Source: Minisyncoccota bacterium (GTDB taxonomy: Bacteria > Patescibacteriota > Minisyncoccia > Phycocordibacterales > Phycocordibacteraceae). From it: a stretch of DNA of 58,458 bases. The notes beneath the pieces were generated by a model. That model ran no database searches, was not told the origin of the DNA, and worked only from the letters and a program-made list of their open reading frames with translations. This document shows, in pieces, positions 18,615-28,241 of this stretch. Each line of letters begins with the position of its first letter. Within the stretch, counting starts at the first letter, position 1. The stretch lies in NCBI GenBank assembly GCA_035547315.1, contig DASZVH010000001.1, forward strand, positions 1-58,458. Direction: 5' to 3'. Made by a program: the position numbers and the translations under genes.

Positions 18615-19223
18615 ATGACTATGAAAACCTACGCATCCCCGCGCGCCAACATGCTCGTGCCCATGGTGATCGAGAAGTCGACGCTCGGCGAGCGCGCCTA
18701 CGACATCTACTCGCGCCTCCTCAAGGACCGCATCATCTTCCTCGGCGGGCCGATCGTCGACGAAGTGGCCAATCTCGTCATCGCGCAGCTCCTCTTCCTC
18801 GAGAGCGAGGACCCGAAGAAGCCGATACAGTTCTATATCAACTCGCCGGGCGGCTCGGTCTCCGCGACGCTCGCGATGATCGACACGATGAATCACATCA
18901 AGCCGGAGGTCGCCACGGTCTGCGTCGGCATGGCGGCCTCGGGCGCGGCCTGGCTCCTCTCCTCGGGCGCGCCGGGCAAGCGCTTCGCGCTCCCCAACGC
19001 CGAGGTGATGATCCACCAGCCTTTGGGCGGCGCGGAGGGTCAGGCCTCCGACATCGCGATCACCGCCAAGCACATCATCGCGACCCGCGACCGCTTGAAC
19101 AAGATCATGGCCAAGAACACGGGCCAGCCGCTTTCGCAGATCGAGAAGGACGTCGAGCGCGACTTCTTCATGACCGCGGAGGAGGCCAAAAAGTACGGCC
19201 TCGTGGATCAGGTCTATAAATAG
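18615..19223 (+). CDS. clpP: ATP-dependent Clp protease proteolytic subunit
   Basis: DIYSRLL, YINSPGG, GMAASG (catalytic Ser), MIHQP (His), ERD. Confidence 0.98.
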   Translation: MTMKTYASPRANMLVPMVIEKSTLGERAYDIYSRLLKDRIIFLGGPIVDEVANLVIAQLLFLESEDPKKPIQFYINSPGGSVSATLAMIDTMNHIKPEVATVCVGMAASGAAWLLSSGAPGKRFALPNAEVMIHQPLGGAEGQASDIAITAKHIIATRDRLNKIMAKNTGQPLSQIEKDVERDFFMTAEEAKKYGLVDQVYK

Positions 19224-19251
19224 CCGCGCCGGAAACGTCTATATTGGAGCG

Positions 19252-19578
19252 ATGAACGAGGAGAGCGGCAGTATTTCCGACGGCTACCATACCTTCGACG
19301 AACTCTATCGGCATCGCCGGGAGCTTTTCTTCGCGCTCTGTAGAAACGTACAAGGTGCCCATATCGTCTGGCGGAGCAAGCTGCACCACGAAGGCGATAA
19401 CGACATATACGAGGGCATGTTTATTGCCGGCATAGACGCGGAGCCGGGCAAGCAGATCAGCTACCATTTCGGGCTCAAGCATTGGGACGACATGGCGTTC
19501 GCGGAAACCTACGAGCGCGCGCCGAAGTGGGACGGCCACACGCCGGACGACGTGCTCGAGCGCTTGAAAAAGCTGTAA
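19252..19578 (+). CDS. Hypothetical protein, phage-associated type with SDGYHTF and WDGH motifs
   Basis: ISDGYHTFDELYRHR...QISYH...PKWDGHT. I recall this pattern from phage proteins; not verified. Confidence 0.6.
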   Translation: MNEESGSISDGYHTFDELYRHRRELFFALCRNVQGAHIVWRSKLHHEGDNDIYEGMFIAGIDAEPGKQISYHFGLKHWDDMAFAETYERAPKWDGHTPDDVLERLKKL

Positions 19579-19592
19579 GCGGCCGGGCTTCC

Positions 19593-20102
19593 ATGAAACT
19601 CATTCTTATCAACGGCCCGGCGGGAATCGGCAAGTCCGCCGTTTCCGCTCGCTTGCATGCCGAACTGCCGCAGTCGATCCTCATTGACGTGGACGAGTTG
19701 CGCCGTTCGATTCCCGAGTACAGAGAGCGCCGCAAAGAAAGTCTGCTTCTCTCCTATGAAAAGGCGCGCGAAGCCGCGGCGGAGCATCTGCAAAAGGGCG
19801 AGACCGTGATCGTAGACAAGGGGATTTCATTTTCGGAAACGCTCGATTCTTTTATAGAAATCGGCAGGAGGCTCGGGGCGGAGGTATGTGAGATACTTCT
19901 GTTCGCGGCCAAAGAAACGCTTCAAAAACGCGCTGACGCGCGCGGCTACAAACCCGGGAGCTTGCTGACGCGAGAACGCGTGGGAGAACTGTGGGATCAG
20001 TTTGACCGGCTGCGGCAGGAGCGGCCGACGGCCGTCTTTATAGACACGACCAACTTAACCGCGGAAGAAACGTACGAGCACGTAAAGCGCGCGATTGAAT
20101 AG
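19593..20102 (+). CDS. P-loop kinase / AAA_33-like protein
   Basis: MKLILINGPAGIGKS Walker A, then IDVDELR and L..R lid. Confidence 0.85.
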   Translation: MKLILINGPAGIGKSAVSARLHAELPQSILIDVDELRRSIPEYRERRKESLLLSYEKAREAAAEHLQKGETVIVDKGISFSETLDSFIEIGRRLGAEVCEILLFAAKETLQKRADARGYKPGSLLTRERVGELWDQFDRLRQERPTAVFIDTTNLTAEETYEHVKRAIE

Positions 20103-20246
20103 CTCTAGGGGAGCATTTTACCCCGATCGCGACTTATAGTAAGGTGCTTCCATACCGCCCCGCCGCACGACCGCCCCGGAAGCCTGGCCGAAGCTCCTCT
20201 TTCTTCGATCCTCGGGCGATTTTTATCGGGCTAACCGGAACGGGCT

Positions 20247-21755
20247 ATGTCGATCAAGCTCATATTGATATTGCTCGCGCTCTCGGGCGCGGGAGGGATC
20301 GCGCTCGGCTATGTCCTGCGCGTCCTGATCGGCCTCGCGCAGCGAGGCTCTTTGGAGCTCGAGATCAAGCAGAAGATGCTCGCCGCCAAAGAGGCCGCCG
20401 CCAAGGTGGTCGCCGACGCCGAGTACCGTGCGGAGGTGCTCGAGACCGAGCGGCTCGGGCCGCTCGAGGAGCGCGAGGGCAAGCTCGCGGAGGCGGCCGA
20501 GCGGCTCGGGAAGCGCGGCGAGTTCCTCGACGAGCGCCAGCGCGACCTCGACGAGAAGGAGGAGGAGGTAAAGCGCCGCGAGGCCGAGGCCGCGCGGCTC
20601 TCCGCCGCGCGCGCCAAGGAGCTCGCCAAGATCGCGCACACCACGGAGGAAAAGGCGCGCGAGGAGCTCTTCGCCGAGCTCGAGCGCGGGAACGAGGAGG
20701 CGATCCTCCTGCGGCTGCAGAAGCTCGAGGCCCACGGCCGCGAACTCCTCGAGGAGAAGGCGCGCGCCATCCTCACGGCCTCGATCCACCGGCTCGGCAA
20801 CGCCGTCAACGCCGACGTGATGAGCCTCTCGGTGGCGATTCCCTCGATCGAGATGAAGGGCAAGATCATCGGCAAGGAGGGGCGCAATATCAAGGCGTTC
20901 GAGCGCGCCACCGGCGTCGAAGTGATCATCGACGACGCGCCGGAGCGCATCACGCTCTCCTCCTTCGACCCCCTGCGCCGCCATATCGCCAAGATCGCGC
21001 TCGAGGAGCTTATCGCCGACGGCCGCATCCAGCCCGCCAAGATCGAGGAAGTGGTCGAGAAGACCAAGCAGAAGGTCCAAGAGATCGTCCGCGAGAAAGG
21101 CGAGGCCGCCTGCTACGAGGCGGGCGTCGTGGGGCTCGATCCTAAATTGGTCGCGCTCTTGGGCCGGCTCCATTTCCGCACCAGCTACGGCCAGAACGTG
21201 CTCACCCACTCGATCGAGATGGCGCATATCGCGAGCATGCTCGCCGAAGAACTCGGCGCGAACGCCGCGGTCGCGCGCGCCGGCGCCCTGCTCCACGACA
21301 TCGGCAAGGCCGTCGACCACGAGGTGCAGGGCACCCACGTCGAGATCGGCCGCCGCATCCTGGAGAAGTTCGGCGTCGCGCCGGCGGTGATCGCCGCGAT
21401 GCAGTCGCACCACGAGGAATATCCTTACGAGAGCCCGGAGGCCGTCATCGTACAGGTCGCCGACGCGATCAGCGCGGGGCGGCCGGGCGCGCGGCGCGAC
21501 ACCGTCGAGCGCTATCTCGAGCGGCTCGGCGACCTCGAGCGCATCGCGGCCGGCTTCGAGGGCGTCGAGAAGAGCTACGCGGTCTCGGCCGGCCGGGAGC
21601 TGCGCATTTTCGTGAATCCGGGCAAAGTCGGCGACCTCGCCATGCATAAGCTCGCGCGCGATATCTCCGAGCGCATCCAGAAGGAGCTCAAATACCCGGG
21701 CGAGATCAAAGTCAACGTCATCCGCGAGAACCGCGTCGTCGAGTTCGCCCGCTAG
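20247..21755 (+). CDS. rny: Ribonuclease Y
   Basis: N-terminal TM, coiled coil, KH domain (KGKIIGKEGRNI), HD domain (SYGQNVLTH, LHDIGK). Confidence 0.97.
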   Translation: MSIKLILILLALSGAGGIALGYVLRVLIGLAQRGSLELEIKQKMLAAKEAAAKVVADAEYRAEVLETERLGPLEEREGKLAEAAERLGKRGEFLDERQRDLDEKEEEVKRREAEAARLSAARAKELAKIAHTTEEKAREELFAELERGNEEAILLRLQKLEAHGRELLEEKARAILTASIHRLGNAVNADVMSLSVAIPSIEMKGKIIGKEGRNIKAFERATGVEVIIDDAPERITLSSFDPLRRHIAKIALEELIADGRIQPAKIEEVVEKTKQKVQEIVREKGEAACYEAGVVGLDPKLVALLGRLHFRTSYGQNVLTHSIEMAHIASMLAEELGANAAVARAGALLHDIGKAVDHEVQGTHVEIGRRILEKFGVAPAVIAAMQSHHEEYPYESPEAVIVQVADAISAGRPGARRDTVERYLERLGDLERIAAGFEGVEKSYAVSAGRELRIFVNPGKVGDLAMHKLARDISERIQKELKYPGEIKVNVIRENRVVEFAR

Positions 21756-21764
21756 CGCGCGGCG

Positions 21765-23783
21765 CTAGAACTCGATATAGCCGGGCACCACGTTGACGGT
21801 TACGCAGACCGGCGCGCCGCCGTCGCAGACGATGCAGTATTTGGTCTGCTGATTGACCGTGTCGGTGTCGCCGGTCTTGTCGAGACCGCAAGTCTGCCCG
21901 TCGCTTGCGAGCGTGCCCGAGTCATAGCCGTCGGAGCCGGTGACGCGGCAGGAGTCCGCGACGCTCGAGACGGCCCAAGAGAGTGCCGTTTGCCCGCCCT
22001 GCGCGACGCGCGTCGGGTTGGCGGCGATGGTGGGGGGCGCGCCAGCCTTGCAGCTGATATCGGCGAAGCACTCCACGCTGGTCGCCTTTTGATCTTGGGT
22101 GGCGGCGGTCACCTGCGCGCCGTAGTCGGAGCGTGTCGCATAGCTCACGTCCCATGGGTTGCCAGCGCCGGTGTTGCCCGCCGTGTCTTTCCAGGAGAAG
22201 CTTGGCGTTCCGTCGAAGCCGGTAGCCGAGGCGATCCAGTCCACCGAGAGGCCCGCCCCATTGCCGAGACAGCTGACGCTCGGGGTGGGCGACTCGAAGA
22301 CGGTAAGCGCGGTCCAGCTCGCGCTGCAGTTATTGTCGTAGCTGGACTCGTTCTGCACGCCCGCGCCGCCCGCCGGCGGCGTGTTGCCGGCCGTATCGGT
22401 ATTGGCGCACAGGCGCACCCACCAGCTGCCGGCCACGGGGAAAATGTAGGAGACGGTGTCGGCGCTCTGGCCGCCGCTTGCAAGCGGCGCGGATTCATCG
22501 AAGGAGCGCGTCGCCGTCAGATCGGAAAAGCGGGCGGGCGGTTCGGCGCCCTGGTAGATCTCGAAGAGGTCGTTCGCGGTGGCCGAAGCGTCGGTGCCCG
22601 CGTTGCTGACGGTCCCCGAAAGGTTCGCGGGCCGCCCCACGACCGGGGCGGCGGGCGTCGAGAGGGCGCTCGAGGCGACGAGGTCGGGCGCGTGGGAAGT
22701 CTCGCCGACGGAGAGTTCGGTCCAACTCGCGCTGCAGTTATTGTCGTAGTTGGATTCGGCGGTGCCGCCGTAGGAGGAGCCGGGCGTGTTGCCCGCCGTG
22801 TCGGTGTTGGCGCACAGGCGCACCCACCAGGTCCCCGCGTTCGGGAAGGTATAGCCGACCGCGTCGGTGACGCTCTTCCCCGCGGCGAGCGCCGCGTTGG
22901 GTCCGGCCGCTTTGACGTCGGTCAGGTCGGAAAAGCGCGCGGGCGGCTCGGCGCCCTGGTAGATCTCGAAGAGGTCGGAGAACTTCGCGCCCGTCGAAGC
23001 GTCGCCCGTGTTGTGCACGACGCCGGTGAGCGTCGCCGGGACGCCGGCGGGCGGCGCGGGCGGGGCGCTCGTTACCGAGTCGGCGGTGAGATCGGGCCCA
23101 CCCTGCGCGCCGTTGACGGTGACGGTCGCCTGGGCGGTCGCCTTATCCGGGTCGTCGCTCGCGCCATCGGTGCAAGTGATCGTGTAGACGGTGGTCTTGG
23201 CGGGCGAGACGTTCTTGGAGCCGCCCGCGGCCGAGACTTTGCCCACGCCGTTGTCGATCGAGCAGGCGGTGTCCGCGTCCTCGTCCTCGTTGTAGACGGA
23301 CCAGGTCAGGGTGGAGGAGCCGCCGGCGTCGATAGCCGCCGGCTTGGCGGCGAGCGAGACGGTGATGTCGGTGATCGCGTACCAGATCGTGTAGTCGTCG
23401 CCTTTTTGCTGCTCCTCCTTGGCGACCGGATGTGTTTGGGTCTTTGAATAGCCGTAGAGCGTGAGGTTGTAGCAAGGCGCCGTGACGGTCTCGCCGCTGC
23501 AGGTACCGGACGAACGATGCCAGGCGACGAGGTTGCACGCGTCATAGCCGGTGAGAGCGCAGGTCCTTTCGGCGCTCTGGATCGAGGAGAGGAGCTCCTC
23601 ATCTCGGACTCCGATGGGATACGGCGGGAGGAGGGTGCCGCTGCCAGAGCCGTAGGCGGCGAAACCCTTATAAGAATAGCTTCCGAGGTTGACTGAGGCC
23701 GCACGCGCATGCGGAGCGAGCGTGAGCGAGCCGATGGCAAGTACGGCAAGGAGCACCGCACGGAGCCCGGTGAGGGTAGTCAT
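21765..23783 (-). CDS. Secreted Ig-like protein with two tandem CARDB-like domains
   Basis: Signal peptide from MTTLTG; two 128-aa repeats PDL...V.N.G...WWVRLCANTD...ES.YDNNC at 22713-23096 and 22305-22688. Confidence 0.75.
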   Translation of the reverse strand: MTTLTGLRAVLLAVLAIGSLTLAPHARAASVNLGSYSYKGFAAYGSGSGTLLPPYPIGVRDEELLSSIQSAERTCALTGYDACNLVAWHRSSGTCSGETVTAPCYNLTLYGYSKTQTHPVAKEEQQKGDDYTIWYAITDITVSLAAKPAAIDAGGSSTLTWSVYNEDEDADTACSIDNGVGKVSAAGGSKNVSPAKTTVYTITCTDGASDDPDKATAQATVTVNGAQGGPDLTADSVTSAPPAPPAGVPATLTGVVHNTGDASTGAKFSDLFEIYQGAEPPARFSDLTDVKAAGPNAALAAGKSVTDAVGYTFPNAGTWWVRLCANTDTAGNTPGSSYGGTAESNYDNNCSASWTELSVGETSHAPDLVASSALSTPAAPVVGRPANLSGTVSNAGTDASATANDLFEIYQGAEPPARFSDLTATRSFDESAPLASGGQSADTVSYIFPVAGSWWVRLCANTDTAGNTPPAGGAGVQNESSYDNNCSASWTALTVFESPTPSVSCLGNGAGLSVDWIASATGFDGTPSFSWKDTAGNTGAGNPWDVSYATRSDYGAQVTAATQDQKATSVECFADISCKAGAPPTIAANPTRVAQGGQTALSWAVSSVADSCRVTGSDGYDSGTLASDGQTCGLDKTGDTDTVNQQTKYCIVCDGGAPVCVTVNVVPGYIEF

Positions 23784-23999
23784 GCGCTTATTGTATAAGG
23801 GGCGCGCCGCGGGCGGCCCCCTTGTCCACATGGAAATGCACGAGAGGACATTTCGGCCGTCTGTCGAGGGGTATTGCGCCGAAAATGGCGCATCCTATAC
23901 TTTTAGAACGCGCCTCGCCCTCGCGGCCCGGCCGCGCCCACCCGCTCGGAGCCGAGCTCAGCAAGGCGAAGGAGGGGTTTACCAGCCTCAGCACCACCC

Positions 24000-24275
24000 A
24001 TGGCCAACAAAGCAGACATCATCGACAAAGTGCACTCGACCCTCGGCACCACCAAGGCCGACGCCGAGCGCGCCGTCGAGACCATGATCGACACCATCGT
24101 CTCCTCGCTCAAGAGCGGCGAGGAGGTCTCGATCGCGGGCCTCGGCATCTTCGCGACCAAGGCGCGCCCCGCGCGCGAGGGCCGCAACCCGCGGACCGGC
24201 GAGACCATCCGCATCCCCGCGACCCGCACCGCCAAGTTCCGCGCCGCCAAAGCGCTCAAGGAAGCGGTCAAATAA
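24000..24275 (+). CDS. hup: DNA-binding protein HU
   Basis: MANKADII, GLGIF, AREGRNPRTGETI.IPA, KF.AAK.LKEAVK. Confidence 0.97.
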   Translation: MANKADIIDKVHSTLGTTKADAERAVETMIDTIVSSLKSGEEVSIAGLGIFATKARPAREGRNPRTGETIRIPATRTAKFRAAKALKEAVK

Positions 24276-24295
24276 CTCCGCATCCGGATAGCACG

Positions 24296-24317
24296 AACGG
24301 CGCCTCGAGGCGCCGTT
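24296..24317 (+). terminator. Intrinsic terminator after hup
   Basis: AACGGCGCC-TCGA-GGCGCCGTT followed by TGTTATT. Confidence 0.7.
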
Positions 24318-24319
24318 TG

Positions 24320-24859
24320 TTATTCCCATGGTTTTGCTTTCCATCGCGGCTGAATGAGTACGCGCGGTTCGACGATCGGCGCCGTCGGATCTGCGAAGTG
24401 ATTCGTCTTCAGCTCCGGGTTTGTTCCGAGATGCGGGCCGATCCACCGCTCGATAAAGTATTCGCCCCGACCCTCGCGCGAAGGCACCGGTTCTTTGATG
24501 AAGAGAACGTCTACCCCGCCGCCGGCGAGCGATTCGGCATCGCCGAGCGTTGGCGCAAAACTCGTAACGGCGACTACACCGCGTTCCGGGATCGGAATGC
24601 GCGCAAGCTCGCAGTACCCCAGGAGCACGCTCTTGGCCGCGGCGCATGCCCCCCGCGTGTCAGTATGCCCGAATGAGCACCCGATCACTTCATTGCCTGC
24701 GACAATCACCACGCTCTGCTCTGGCAGATGCCGAGCGATGCGGCGCGCGCGATGAATCCGTTTGCAATCGATTGCCGAAAGCCTCCTGACCGGCGACTCG
24801 TGTATCTCAAAGTTCTTGCTGTTGATGACGACACTGTCGTCGGACCATACGTTGGCCAT
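24320..24859 (-). CDS. Hypothetical protein; possible degenerate cytidine/dCMP deaminase fold
   Basis: Own promoter TTTACT-N17-TAGGGT and AAGGAGG RBS. Secondary-structure order resembles deaminases (VVIVAGNEVIG, VAVTSFAP, LAGGGVDVLF), but HxE and PCxxC are absent. Confidence 0.5.
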   Translation of the reverse strand: MANVWSDDSVVINSKNFEIHESPVRRLSAIDCKRIHRARRIARHLPEQSVVIVAGNEVIGCSFGHTDTRGACAAAKSVLLGYCELARIPIPERGVVAVTSFAPTLGDAESLAGGGVDVLFIKEPVPSREGRGEYFIERWIGPHLGTNPELKTNHFADPTAPIVEPRVLIQPRWKAKPWE

Positions 24860-24923
24860 CGCGTCCTCCTTTGCTTCTGCCCGTACCCTACCGCACCGGG
24901 GGAAGAGAGTAAACGCTCGATTT

Positions 24924-26072
24924 TTACTTCTCGTCTTTCAAATACTTCTTCTTTTTGAGCTTGTCGGGGAGATACGGCTCTTTGTCGTAGAGCGTGTAGC
25001 CCTTGTGGTAGCCGAGCTCTTTCATGAGCTTGGTCGGGGCGTTGCGGACCTTCATCGGGATCGGCAGATTGCCGTGCGCTTTGACGTCCGCCACGGCCTC
25101 GAAGTAGGCGTCGTAGCTCTCGCGGCTCTTTTTCGCGAGCGCGAGATAGGCGGCGCCGTGCGCGAGGTTGGTAGCGCACTCCGGGTAGCCGATAGTCTCA
25201 GAGGCGCGGAAGACGTCGTTCGCTACTTGGAGCCCGACCGGGTCGGCAAGCCCGATATCCTCGGAGGCGAAGACCACCATCCGGCGCGCGATAAAGACCG
25301 GGTCCTCGCCTGCCTCCACCATCCGCGCGAGGTAGTAGAGCGCCGCGTCCGGCTGGGATGCGCGCATGCTTTTAATAAACGCGGAGATGGTGTCGTAGTG
25401 CTCCTCGCCCTTCTTGTCGTAGCGCAGATGCGGCGACTCGAGCGCTTTCGCGAGCGATTCCTCGTCTACTTTTCCATACAGCGAGAGCGAGCCTTCTATG
25501 ATGCCGAGCGCCTTGCGCGCGTCGCCATTGGCGTAGCCGATGAGCCAGGCGACCGCATCCTTCTTTATATCGGGTGCTGCGCGGTGGATGATCTCCTCGA
25601 GATCCTTCTCGCTAAGCGGATTCAGCACGAACACGCGAGCGCGAGAGAGGAGCGCGGAGATGACCTCGAAGCTCGGATTCTCGGTGGTCGCGCCGATAAG
25701 GGTCAATTCCCCGCTCTCGACATACGGCAGGAGGAAATCCTGCTGCGCCTTGTTGAAGCGATGTATCTCATCGAGGAAGAGCACGCGCGGGCGGCTCGCG
25801 AGCAATCCGCCGCGCTTTTCTTCAACAATCTTGCGGATGTCCTCCTTCCCCGCCGAGACGGCCGAGAGCTCGTGGAGCTCGGCGTCGAGCGCCCGCGCGT
25901 AGATGCGCGCGAGCGTGGTCTTCCCGCTTCCCGGCGGCCCCCAGAGGATGAAGGAGAAGAGATGCTTCTTCTCGATTGCGACCCGGAGCGGCCTCCCTAG
26001 CCCAATCAAGTGCTCCTGCCCCACGACCTCATCGAGCGTTTGCGGGCGGACTTTGGCGGCAAGAGGCTCCAT
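24924..26072 (-). CDS. rarA: Replication-associated recombination protein A (RarA/MgsA)
   Basis: [57 protein letters not shown]. Confidence 0.96.
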   Translation of the reverse strand: MEPLAAKVRPQTLDEVVGQEHLIGLGRPLRVAIEKKHLFSFILWGPPGSGKTTLARIYARALDAELHELSAVSAGKEDIRKIVEEKRGGLLASRPRVLFLDEIHRFNKAQQDFLLPYVESGELTLIGATTENPSFEVISALLSRARVFVLNPLSEKDLEEIIHRAAPDIKKDAVAWLIGYANGDARKALGIIEGSLSLYGKVDEESLAKALESPHLRYDKKGEEHYDTISAFIKSMRASQPDAALYYLARMVEAGEDPVFIARRMVVFASEDIGLADPVGLQVANDVFRASETIGYPECATNLAHGAAYLALAKKSRESYDAYFEAVADVKAHGNLPIPMKVRNAPTKLMKELGYHKGYTLYDKEPYLPDKLKKKKYLKDEK

Positions 26073-26192
26073 GCCGCCTATTGTACGCCTCATCATTTCC
26101 TCGCGCTCGGGGTGAAATAATCGATGCTCCCGCGCGTATAAAATATCCCGTGCGAAATGCGGGAAGTGCGGTTATCGGCTAATGAAACCCTC

Positions 26193-26843
26193 ATGATCAC
26201 CTTGAAACATATCGCGGGCTCCGCGCTCGGCGCGGCGCTCGCTCTCGGGCTCGCGGGCACGGCTCTCGCCGCGCCTTCGAACGGCGCGACGGCGCCCTTG
26301 CGCGGCGCGAAGGTCCACGGCAGCGTCAGTGCGATCAACGGCTCGACTCTCACCCTTACCAAGAACGACGGCACGACCTACACGGTCGACACGAGCAACG
26401 CGACCTCCTTCTACTCGGTGACGCGCGCCGGCACTTCCGGCACGCGCAGCCGCAGCGCCTCGAGCCTCTCGGCAGTCGCGCTCGGCGACACCGTGACGGC
26501 CAAGGGCGAGCTGCAGAACGGCAACGTCCTTACGGCGAAGAAGGTCTTCGACATCAGCGGCGCGCGCCCGCTCCACGGCACCGTCGCCGCCGTCTCGGGC
26601 TCGACCATCACGCTCGCCGCCAAGAACGGCACGACCTACACGGTCGACACGAGCAACGCGACGCAGTTCTGGCAGGTGGTCGCTAAGGCCGGCCTCTTCG
26701 GCAAGCGCGATAAGGTCCCGAGCTCGCTCGGGGACATCGCGGTCGGCGACGTCATCAGCGTGCACGGCAGCCTAAGCACGGACAACACGGCCGTGGTCAG
26801 CGCGAGCACGGTCGTCGAGCACCTGGGCAAGAGCAACTCGTAA
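26193..26843 (+). CDS. Secreted protein with two DUF5666-like beta-barrel repeats
   Basis: Signal peptide; repeats G.V.A..GSTLTL..K.GTTYTVDTSNAT...L..(V/I)A.GD.V...G. Confidence 0.7.
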   Translation: MITLKHIAGSALGAALALGLAGTALAAPSNGATAPLRGAKVHGSVSAINGSTLTLTKNDGTTYTVDTSNATSFYSVTRAGTSGTRSRSASSLSAVALGDTVTAKGELQNGNVLTAKKVFDISGARPLHGTVAAVSGSTITLAAKNGTTYTVDTSNATQFWQVVAKAGLFGKRDKVPSSLGDIAVGDVISVHGSLSTDNTAVVSASTVVEHLGKSNS

Positions 26844-26909
26844 ACGACGCAGCAAGCGTTAGAGCGCCGGCGCGGCCCTCGGCCGCGCCGGTCGCGTATA
26901 CTTCTCTTG

Positions 26910-27935
26910 ATGCGCTACCTCCTTATCGGCGCGACCGGCGACCTCGCGCGCGGCAAGATCCTGCCCGCGCTGGCGAATCTCTTTGCAGAGGGCGCGCTCC
27001 CGAGCGGCTTCGAGCTTATCGCCTCCTCGCGCCGGCCGTGGCGAGACGCGCAGTACCGCGCCTTCATCGCGTCTGCGGTCGCGAACGAGGCCTTCCTCGC
27101 GCGCATCCGCTATCTCCCCGCGGATTTCAACGAGCCGGATTCTCTCGCGCGCCTCTACGAGGCAGCGCAGAGTGCCGCCGCGCTCCAGCTCGCCATTTCC
27201 CCCGCCGAGTATGAGCGCGTCATCGAGGGCCTCGGCGAGGCGCTCGCAAAGACGAAGCTCCTTATCGAGAAGCCCTTCGGCACGAGCGAGGTCTCGGCGC
27301 GCGCGCTCGACGCGCTCATCACCCGCTTCACGCCGGAGGAGAACATCTTCCGCGTCGATCACTACTTGGGCAAGGAGCGCGTCCGCGCGCTCGCGGGGAA
27401 AGCGCGCGGCGCGAAGCGCGTCGAGATCTACCTCGAGGAGCGGCGCGGGCTCGCCGGCCGCGGCGCGTTCTACGACCGCGTCGGCGTCTTGCGCGACGTG
27501 GTGCAGAATCACGCGCTCGAGACGCTCGCGATAGCGCTTGGTGAAGAGGATCGCGCGGCGGTTCTCGACGAGCTCCGCTATGTCGAGGGCTCCCTGCGCC
27601 TCGGGCAATATGAGGGCTATCTCGCCGAGCCCGGCGTCGTGCCCCGCTCGCAGACGCCGACCGCCGCCGCGCTCGCGCTCTCCTATCGCGATACGGCGAT
27701 CGAGATCCGCGCCGGTAAAGCGCTCGCGCAGGATAAGAACGAGCTCGTCATCGACGGCATCCCGCACCCGCTCGGAGGCGGCCGCGCGTATGAGAATCTC
27801 ATCGCCGACGCGCTTTCCGGCAATCGAGAATGGTTCCCCACTATGGAAGAAATCCTCGCGGCCTGGCGCCTCATCGACCCGCTCATCGCCTCCGCCGCCG
27901 CGCCAACCACCTACTCTCCGGGCTCCGATTTCTAA
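26910..27935 (+). CDS. zwf: Glucose-6-phosphate 1-dehydrogenase, compact form
   Basis: GATGDLARGK, IEKPFG, FRVDHYLGKE, GVLRDVVQNH, GQYEGY, YENL. Confidence 0.9.
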   Translation: MRYLLIGATGDLARGKILPALANLFAEGALPSGFELIASSRRPWRDAQYRAFIASAVANEAFLARIRYLPADFNEPDSLARLYEAAQSAAALQLAISPAEYERVIEGLGEALAKTKLLIEKPFGTSEVSARALDALITRFTPEENIFRVDHYLGKERVRALAGKARGAKRVEIYLEERRGLAGRGAFYDRVGVLRDVVQNHALETLAIALGEEDRAAVLDELRYVEGSLRLGQYEGYLAEPGVVPRSQTPTAAALALSYRDTAIEIRAGKALAQDKNELVIDGIPHPLGGGRAYENLIADALSGNREWFPTMEEILAAWRLIDPLIASAAAPTTYSPGSDF

Positions 27936-27939
27936 ACAA

Positions 27940-28108
27940 AAGTGCAGTATTCTTGAATGATAATCTTTCCGAATTGCCAACATTTCTGAAAAACATCGGC
28001 TCGAACCATATTTTACGAAACCGCCAATTCGTTTTTGCCCCAAAAATTGAATACAAATTAGTCGCCGAGCGAAGCAAGGCGAACCAAAACTCTTTGACTT
28101 TTCCTACG
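27940..28108 (+). pseudogene. AT-rich relic resembling the C-terminus of a large serine recombinase, abutting the tRNA-Gly 3' end
   Basis: Reads NLSELPTFLKNIGSNHILRNRQFVFAPKIEYKLVAERSKANQNSLTFPTW into the tRNA; no start of its own; sharp drop in GC. Confidence 0.45.
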
Positions 28109-28182
28109 TGGTGCGGACGGCGAGAATCGAACTCGCGCTATCTGCTTGGAAGGCAGAAGTTCTACCACTAAACTACGTCCGC
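28109..28182 (-). tRNA. tRNA-Gly(TCC), CCA encoded
   Basis: GCGGACG acceptor stem, anticodon arm TCTGC-CTTCCAA-GCAGA, GTTCGA T-loop, ends GCACCA. Confidence 0.95.
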
Positions 28183-28241
28183 GCAAACGGGATACAGAGC
28201 GAGGATACCATTTTTGCCGGTTCATGGGAGTATAGAGGGGC

